A program made the position numbers and the translations under genes. From Myxococcota bacterium (lineage in GTDB: Bacteria > Myxococcota_A > SURF-8), in assembly GCA_963674735.2 (NCBI GenBank), contig CAXXQS010000002.1, positions 672,001-736,000 of the forward strand: a stretch of 64,000 bases of DNA. The letters run 5' to 3'. Below are positions 57,727 to 64,000 of this stretch, in pieces; the first letter of the stretch is position 1, and each line of letters opens with the position of its first letter. Under the pieces are notes generated by a model. That model saw only the letters and a list, made by a program, of their open reading frames with translations. It had not been told where the DNA came from and searched no databases.

Positions 57727-58911
57727 TCAGGGGCGCACGGCCGGACTTTCGATCGGCGCGGGAGTGGAATAACCCAGCCATTTTCGACACCGATCGCGCC
57801 AGGCGCTGAAGGCCGGCCACTCGTCGGCTCTTTCAAGGCTGCGCCGCCGTGATCCATGGACATCATAGGGATTACGGATGCGCCCGCTGGAGGTTTGCAG
57901 TTGATAGTGAAGGTGCGGGGCCGTCGAACGCCCGGTATTGCCGACACGTCCGATTAGAGTCCCCGCCTTCAATCGGCGTCCCGATTGGACCTCTTTAGCC
58001 ACACTGTCGAGATGCAAAAAGAGTGCATCAAGCCCTTTATTGGGAACACGCACCTTGATATAGCGCCCGTTGTAGCGCTGGATACGACGGGAAACCTGCA
58101 ACACTTCGGCATCCCAAGGCAAACGTACCGGCGTTCCCACCGGGGCTTTGAAATCGATCCCATCGTGGCGCGGTCGACGATCCCGCAGCAGAGAAGTTAC
58201 CTGTTCAAACTCTTCAAGCGGAGAATTGATCAGTTCCGGTTGAACGCTAACACCTTCCCCGTCATAGTGACGCCCGAAAGCCTTGCCCGCCGCTTTGTAA
58301 TAGTAGGCTTCAAACAACCGATCGTGGCGTGAACTCTCGTAAAGCGCGGCCAATATGCGCAAACCATCGGTGGACTCGTCGGTATGTTCCCAAACCAACG
58401 AATAGCGGTCTCCCGGGCGCAAATCCCGTTTGAAATCAAGCTCAAAGAAAAATAGGCGTTTAAAATGCGCCGCCAATTGCTCCGCCAATAAACGCTCTGC
58501 CGGTTGCTCGGAATCCACATGCTGCGCAAAACTGGTATAAAGGGAATGGGTCAACAAGCCCGTCATCACTTGGGGCAACGTGGCCGGTAGCGCCGGTCCC
58601 TCGCTCCCATCCTCCAAACCCGTCCAAGGAGGAAGATCCGGGACATCCGCAGCGGCGACCTTGGGTACCGCTTCGGCATCGGGCATTTCCGGATTCACCG
58701 GAGCGGCTTTATCCTCCACGACCGAATCGGAAAGCACCGTGTCGTCCACTGCCGGTTCCTTCGAAACATCAGAAGAGTCGGATGCTCCAAAAATCCACGC
58801 GGCAAAAACCAAGCCCACAACAGCCCCCGCCACACAGGCAAGCACCCGCGTGATTTTATTTCGACGACGGAATCCGGGTAACTCAAGGCTGGCTGGTGAA
58901 CGCGTTCGCAA
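57727..58911 (-). CDS. M23 family metallopeptidase (peptidoglycan DD-endopeptidase)
   Basis: HDGIDF, YNG, FLHL, GNTGRSTAPHLHY; N-terminal TM; TTG start after GGAG is tentative (ORF extends to 58977). Confidence 0.9.
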   Translation of the reverse strand: MRTRSPASLELPGFRRRNKITRVLACVAGAVVGLVFAAWIFGASDSSDVSKEPAVDDTVLSDSVVEDKAAPVNPEMPDAEAVPKVAAADVPDLPPWTGLEDGSEGPALPATLPQVMTGLLTHSLYTSFAQHVDSEQPAERLLAEQLAAHFKRLFFFELDFKRDLRPGDRYSLVWEHTDESTDGLRILAALYESSRHDRLFEAYYYKAAGKAFGRHYDGEGVSVQPELINSPLEEFEQVTSLLRDRRPRHDGIDFKAPVGTPVRLPWDAEVLQVSRRIQRYNGRYIKVRVPNKGLDALFLHLDSVAKEVQSGRRLKAGTLIGRVGNTGRSTAPHLHYQLQTSSGRIRNPYDVHGSRRRSLERADEWPAFSAWRDRCRKWLGYSTPAPIESPAVRP

Positions 58912-58980
58912 GCGGTAACTCCGTAAATACTGAATACACGAGGGGCATTGGTACCATCGCCGATCAACCCCTGTCAAGCA

Positions 58981-59436
58981 TCAATTCGACCGTTTCTCCG
59001 GTAACTTCAGTGATTTGTGGAAGGCATCGACAAACGCATCCCGGGTCGGCGACGATTGGAACAGGAATGTCAGGAAATCGATCAAGCGCTCAGCGGTTTC
59101 ATCGCCCATCGCATGCTCCATCTTACAGGCGTCTTCGATCGCGAGTTCTTCCGGCAATTCGAGGATTTCCTGAAAAAATCGTCGGATATTGCGCTCACGC
59201 CGATGGATTTTCTCCGCGATTCCGAGACCCGCTTCGGTCAATTTGACATAGCCGTAGCGTTCATGTTCGACAAGCCCCATCCCCTCGATTTTCTTCAGGA
59301 TTCCCGAGGTGCTCGGATAGGTGACCCCCATGGCCAGAGAAATTTCCTTCACCCGCACCACGCCCCGCTCTTTTTCGATTCGGTAAATGGCTTCCAGGTA
59401 ATCTTCGATATTCGATGTTATTTTATGTTTTGACAT
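58981..59436 (-). CDS. DtxR/MntR family metal-dependent transcriptional regulator
   Basis: EDYLEAIY, LTEAG, EDACKMEH. Confidence 0.92.
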   Translation of the reverse strand: MSKHKITSNIEDYLEAIYRIEKERGVVRVKEISLAMGVTYPSTSGILKKIEGMGLVEHERYGYVKLTEAGLGIAEKIHRRERNIRRFFQEILELPEELAIEDACKMEHAMGDETAERLIDFLTFLFQSSPTRDAFVDAFHKSLKLPEKRSN

Positions 59437-59602
59437 CTTATCGTCCCCAAACCTGATTCGAGGGTTGGCCGCGAGCAAAAAATAAAGCGGCCTTAACTTG
59501 TTTCGGCATCCCTTAATACTGCTTTGTTAGCACAACATACAATACTTGACAAGCGCAAGCCGCAGGTTTCGGTAGAAAACGCGCCAACACCCCACCACAA
59601 AA

Positions 59603-61003
59603 TCAGGACAAAGGTCCTCCGGCGGGATCGGCAAAAACGCCGCTATCCGGTTTTTTCAGTTCACCTGACACATAATCCAATTCATCGAAGAACTGACGTT
59701 CATATTCCGCCGGCAGGTCTCGGGCCAGTCGAATGGCATCGGCCAACTCCGGTTGATGGCAAAGCGCGATCAGGTCGTCGTATAAGCGAACTTTTTCAGC
59801 CGACCCCAAAAGAGGAAAGAGATAGCCGTTAAGTTCGTCCAATGGCTTCCCCGCAATCAAAGGCTGCAAACGTTCCCACTCCTGCGACCCCGGCACCGGG
59901 GCCAATGGAGAAAAAATGGGCCGCGCACCCAGCATCACCATCGTAATGTAGGTACGAAACAGAAAACGGATCGTCTCGTCATCGTATGCAAATAATGAGC
60001 AGGAATGAAAACGGCCGACTTTGAACCCCACCTCGCGCAACAATCGTAACGTACGCACCGGCGCGCCGAAACGGTAAGGCTTTTTGAAGCGTTTCAACAT
60101 GATGGGGTCGGATGTCTCAAAGGGGATGGTCATCTGGTTCACTCCGGCCTTGAGCATTTTCTCGGCAATAGACGAGGTAAGCCGATTCGATTGAATCCCC
60201 ATATTGAAACTCATACGAACATCCGTTCCGGCCGCGATCATCAGGTCGAGAAACTGGTCGAGCGCGTCGGGAAACAGCATCACGTTGGGATCCCAGTTGG
60301 CAAACTGCCGGATACCAAAGCGTTTCCGAACCGCCAACAGATAATAGAGCACTTGTTTGGGTTTGAACCGCAGGGTGGGCTTCCAGCGATGATTGATACA
60401 AAAACTACATCGGTTAGAGCATCCTGTAGCCAGATTGAACAATCCGATTTCCGGCGGAGATTCGTAAAGCGACAGATCTCCGACTTCCCATTCGGCCGCC
60501 TCGTTTTTACCCTCGACGATGTCATCGGCCAGACTCGTGGCGGCATGCTCGGGCATCAATGTCGGATAAATTCCGCCGAGACGCACCGGGATGTCCGGAA
60601 AGACTTCCTTGCATACGGCGATGGCGTCGTGGGCGGTTTCCCAGTTGAAGGTCAGGCAGGCGGTTACCCATATTTCATCCGGACGCTCGCCGTCGTTCAG
60701 GGCTTTGCGAAGCTCGGACAGAGGACGCCCCAGCAGATAGGAAGGTCGCCATTCGCTGTCGACCCGATTGTTGCCCGAACGCTTGCGGCCGTACTCGGGA
60801 ACATGTGCGGGCCACTTGGATAAATACCAGCTTTTATAATGATCGTATTCCATCAGGTCGATCAGGCGCACCGAGTGCCCCTGTTTCTTCAACCAGGTTC
60901 CCAGTTTGAGTAACCCGTAGGGATAAGGCTCGGGATACTGCAGCAGTTGCCAGCGACTGACCACCTGAACCGGTGGATTGACGAAGACGATATGCTTGCC
61001 CAC
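59603..61003 (-). CDS. Cobalamin-binding-domain radical SAM protein
   Basis: PYGLLKLGTWLK…GHSVRLID and LGGIYPTL B12 domain; CSNRCSFC motif; GTG start after CAGGAGA. Confidence 0.88.
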   Translation of the reverse strand: MGKHIVFVNPPVQVVSRWQLLQYPEPYPYGLLKLGTWLKKQGHSVRLIDLMEYDHYKSWYLSKWPAHVPEYGRKRSGNNRVDSEWRPSYLLGRPLSELRKALNDGERPDEIWVTACLTFNWETAHDAIAVCKEVFPDIPVRLGGIYPTLMPEHAATSLADDIVEGKNEAAEWEVGDLSLYESPPEIGLFNLATGCSNRCSFCINHRWKPTLRFKPKQVLYYLLAVRKRFGIRQFANWDPNVMLFPDALDQFLDLMIAAGTDVRMSFNMGIQSNRLTSSIAEKMLKAGVNQMTIPFETSDPIMLKRFKKPYRFGAPVRTLRLLREVGFKVGRFHSCSLFAYDDETIRFLFRTYITMVMLGARPIFSPLAPVPGSQEWERLQPLIAGKPLDELNGYLFPLLGSAEKVRLYDDLIALCHQPELADAIRLARDLPAEYERQFFDELDYVSGELKKPDSGVFADPAGGPLS

Positions 61004-61016
61004 CTGAATCTCCTGT

Positions 61017-62048
61017 TTAGGGCGGATCAACCGGTACGTAGTACAGCGTGCCACGGGTCGAGTCACCTTGTACCAGCGATAAACGGCTCATACCCATTCG
61101 CCGCGAACCACACAGGTTGCGCCAACCATTCAAGGCTGATTTCCACTCCGATGATTCAGTGTACGCCTCAAGGCGTTCCGGCGTCAAACCATTGAGCGGA
61201 GCATTGAAGTCGAGTTCGGCACCGCTCGCAATTTCGACATATCCATCCGGTCGAAAACGTTGGATTATAACCGCGTCTCTCAAAACATTATCTTCGCACG
61301 CATGCGTTATTTCATCCATCATAGCCCAGTCTGGATAACGTGATTTCAACGAAACCAACGGCCAACGGCTGATCCGTTCGTATGTTTTAACGCGCAGTAA
61401 ACCCTGCTCGCAAAAGTCAGCCCCAATGAGATGCAGCCTCGACAAAGCGGCGGAATCGCCAAGATCGGGCGTAGTCGACAACAGGCGGTTCAACACAAAT
61501 TCCTTTTCTCGACGACACCCCGGAGGGAATTGCCAGTAAAGCTTGAACCGGCGCGCCTGCGGTCCGGCCTCCAGACCGAATAAGAGTTGAGGTGTAACAC
61601 CGGGGTCGGCCGCACGCAGAAGTGGTTCAGCCACCACCGACACCTCTGATCCGAAAGCGGCCAACATCACACGAAGCGTGGTCAAATCCAACGCCGCCGC
61701 CCCTCGCGCAAAGGCCGGAAAACTAATGGAAAAACGGTAAGGAAAAACGTCATCGCCGCGCCAGGCAAACGAATACTCCAAGCAAAACGCATAACGCGTC
61801 ATTACGCGTTCAAGGTGAGCGCAGAGATGCCGCTCCATTTTCTTGTAAGGAACAGCCACGCGACCGGAGTTGAGTCCGGCCATGTCCCGCATCGCCGTGA
61901 AATGAGCCTCCACCGACCGCAGGTCCAGGAGACGACGGTCTTGGTAGCAAGCCGGATACACCTCGCTTCTTCCCCGATCGAGATCGGGACAACCGGGAGA
62001 TGCCCGGCAGAAGACACAACGGGCCGTTGGAAGATTCGTCTTTGTCAT
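61017..62048 (-). CDS. PatF/LynF/TruF-like (ABBA-fold) prenyltransferase homolog with N-terminal Cys motif
   Basis: LEYS…D…YRF, LLFGLE…FKLY and LIGADF…G…VKTY match PatF-family blocks as recalled; no search run. Confidence 0.6.
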   Translation of the reverse strand: MTKTNLPTARCVFCRASPGCPDLDRGRSEVYPACYQDRRLLDLRSVEAHFTAMRDMAGLNSGRVAVPYKKMERHLCAHLERVMTRYAFCLEYSFAWRGDDVFPYRFSISFPAFARGAAALDLTTLRVMLAAFGSEVSVVAEPLLRAADPGVTPQLLFGLEAGPQARRFKLYWQFPPGCRREKEFVLNRLLSTTPDLGDSAALSRLHLIGADFCEQGLLRVKTYERISRWPLVSLKSRYPDWAMMDEITHACEDNVLRDAVIIQRFRPDGYVEIASGAELDFNAPLNGLTPERLEAYTESSEWKSALNGWRNLCGSRRMGMSRLSLVQGDSTRGTLYYVPVDPP

Positions 62049-62054
62049 GCGCCC

Positions 62055-62083
62055 ATGGTAACGCGGGTAAGGGGTAACGTCAA
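62055..62083 (-). promoter_or_regulatory. sigma70-like promoter giving a probable leaderless mRNA for the prenyltransferase-like gene
   Basis: TTGACG-17 nt-TACCAT, then 6 nt to ATG; no SD. Confidence 0.55.
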
Positions 62084-62180
62084 TGATTGGCCCGACGGAA
62101 CTTGAGCCAAACCGAGGATCTGTGTTAATGTCGCTCAAACAGGTTATCAATCACCGTCACTCCGCGTGGAAAGGACCGTC

Positions 62181-63218
62181 ATGGACGAACAGCTTGCAGA
62201 TATTCTGGCCGATTTAGTCATGGCCCACACCGATGCCGAGAGCGTGGATGCCTCCTCGATCTCGCTTGTACCCGTTGATCCGATGTTCCACACCTATGCC
62301 GTCGGCGACTACTGGGTCAAGGTCATGAAAGCCGACCCGAAAAATCCGGGCTGGACTCCGCTGCACCGCGAGCAGTTCGCCTTGACAACCATCATCAAAC
62401 TGAACAAACGAACGGTCGAATACAAGCTACACATGCCGGTAACGGAACCCATCCACCTGGAGCCGGTGCCGGAAAAGCTGAAAAAGCCTTGCTTGATTGT
62501 CAAAAAAATCACCGGGCAGCCCCTCATCAAGACCCTCGGCACACCATCCGCCCTCGACTCGGCCGCCATCAAGAAACTGGGCGAACGCATCGGCTGCTAC
62601 ATGGCCCGAGTGCACGCGACTCAAATCAAAGGCGCCGGGCTACTGAGCCCTGAAATGAAAGGGGTCCATCCCGGTCCGTGGCAAAAATATTTCGCGGCCG
62701 TCTCCACCGCACAATGGAAACATTTGCAAGGATCGGGAGTCGTGGATGACAGTCTCCTCAATCGTTTGGCGAATCTGACCAACGATAAAATGAACTTGCT
62801 TATCGGTGAACCGGTGACCTTGATCCACAACGACTACACCTTCAGCAATATTTGGGAAGATCCGGCCGACAACAGCCTAACGGGCATTCTTAATTTCGCC
62901 CAATCCGGCGCCGGTTCGCCTCTGATCGATATCGCCAGCTTCTATCTGCACTGCTTCGATGCCAACTTGTGGAAAGAAGTCAAGGCCGGATATGAGATCA
63001 TCCGCTCCATGCCACCCAACACGGAAGTCAAAATGGCTTTCTATTCAAGCATTTTCGGAATGCGCGCAGCTTGGTTCTACCACCAGCGCGGAGATGAGGT
63101 CAGCAAAAATTACTATTTGAACCGGGCACTTAGCGAAGCTGCTAAAGTCGATAAGAGCTTTCAGACCGAGGCGTCACGTTACGGCGGCTCCAATAAGCCG
63201 TCGTATGCCGCAGATTAG
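62181..63218 (+). CDS. Aminoglycoside phosphotransferase (APH/choline kinase) family protein
   Basis: WVK, MARVH, LIHNDYTFSNI, GSPLIDIA; AAAGGA SD. Confidence 0.8.
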   Translation: MDEQLADILADLVMAHTDAESVDASSISLVPVDPMFHTYAVGDYWVKVMKADPKNPGWTPLHREQFALTTIIKLNKRTVEYKLHMPVTEPIHLEPVPEKLKKPCLIVKKITGQPLIKTLGTPSALDSAAIKKLGERIGCYMARVHATQIKGAGLLSPEMKGVHPGPWQKYFAAVSTAQWKHLQGSGVVDDSLLNRLANLTNDKMNLLIGEPVTLIHNDYTFSNIWEDPADNSLTGILNFAQSGAGSPLIDIASFYLHCFDANLWKEVKAGYEIIRSMPPNTEVKMAFYSSIFGMRAAWFYHQRGDEVSKNYYLNRALSEAAKVDKSFQTEASRYGGSNKPSYAAD

Positions 63219-63254
63219 CACAGGCTTTCGTGTCGATTTTTTGAAAAAGCGCGG

Positions 63255-64000
63255 TTATTCTTCCAGTTTTTCCATAACGACGCGCAGCGGCCACCCTTTT
63301 TCGCGTGCCAATCGCTTCAGTTCGTCGTATTCCGGCACCCAACGTTCCCGGTCGGAATAGGCAATCCGCTTTCCGCGAATGTGTCCAAGTGGCGTATCGC
63401 GCCATTCTTCGTGTCGCTCAAGCGACAAGCGGTTGATTTCCCGAACACGCAGCCCCGTGGTCGTCGTCTCGCTAAATATCCGATTCTGCAGACGTTCGGA
63501 CTGACCCGCGCGACACAGACAGGCCAACATCTGCCCCGGCCGCCCTTTTTTCATGAGGATCGGAGTCACCCACACATCCAACGCCCCGTCTTCAAACAGT
63601 TTTTCCATCACCCACGCGAAATGCTCCGGATTCATGTCATCGATATTGGTTTCCAGAACCTGAAGGATTTCGGAGCGGTTGTCACCCGTATCCAGCCAAA
63701 TCGCCCGAACGATATTGGGCCGCACCGTTCCCCGGCGTGTTCCAGCTCCGATACCGACGGATCGAACACGACCTTCTCCGAAACCTGAAAAAGACTCCCC
63801 GAAATGACGGACAATCGCCGCCCCGGTCGGAGTAACGGTTTCGCCTTGAATTTCGGTTGCATAGACGGGAATCCCATGCAGCAGTTCGAGAGTGGCCGGA
63901 GCCGGGAGCGGGACTTCGCCATGCGCGATGGTAATGGTTCCCTGTCCCATCGGTAAAGGGGAAAAACTGATATGGTCGGGATTCAATAAGTGGACGGCCG
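63255..64000 (-). CDS. larC: Nickel pincer cofactor biosynthesis protein LarC (partial, 5' end outside window)
   Basis: AHGEVPLPAPATLELL, TPTGAA, LETNIDDM, MKKGRPG, ETTTTGLR, PEYDE. Confidence 0.92.
   Translation of the reverse strand, partial: AVHLLNPDHISFSPLPMGQGTITIAHGEVPLPAPATLELLHGIPVYATEIQGETVTPTGAAIVRHFGESFSGFGEGRVRSVGIGAGTRRGTVRPNIVRAIWLDTGDNRSEILQVLETNIDDMNPEHFAWVMEKLFEDGALDVWVTPILMKKGRPGQMLACLCRAGQSERLQNRIFSETTTTGLRVREINRLSLERHEEWRDTPLGHIRGKRIAYSDRERWVPEYDELKRLAREKGWPLRVVMEKLEE

Noticed and set aside
59438-59509. 23-aa minus-strand ORF (MPKQVKAALFFARGQPSNQVWGR) as a precursor for the prenyltransferase/rSAM pair
   Set aside because: No properly spaced SD and no leader/core pattern; probably a chance ORF in the dtxR leader.
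63255-64000. Programmed frameshift in larC
   Set aside because: The visible part reads through the C1/C2 junction in one frame.

Overview
64 kb of GC-rich chromosomal DNA, probably from a deltaproteobacterium of the Myxococcota type. That assignment is inferred from a MYXO-CTERM-like tail, many Cys-rich lipoproteins, giant TPR proteins and a Hanks kinase. No mobile element, CRISPR array or rRNA was seen. Housekeeping genes are glmU-glmS, prmA-rsmE, icd, an mdh-sucA-sucB-lpdA cluster, xth, partial larC and tRNA-Gly(CCC). Between them lie secreted Cys-rich proteins with acidic 'DGD' linkers, including a ~2370-aa repeat lipoprotein. The most notable observations are: (1) a cyanobactin PatF/LynF-like peptide prenyltransferase homolog with a Cys4 N-terminal extension, directly upstream of a cobalamin-dependent radical SAM gene and divergent from an atypical APH kinase, with no cyanobactin machinery nearby; (2) a stand-alone Na+-pumping decarboxylase beta subunit with a probable DUF1646/Na+ riboswitch in its leader; (3) a tandem MDH paralog lacking the catalytic Asp; (4) a receptor-like Ser/Thr kinase with type I membrane topology; (5) a 1740-aa TPR protein ending in an apparently dead M48 peptidase fold. 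All family assignments come from motif recognition by eye; no database search was run.
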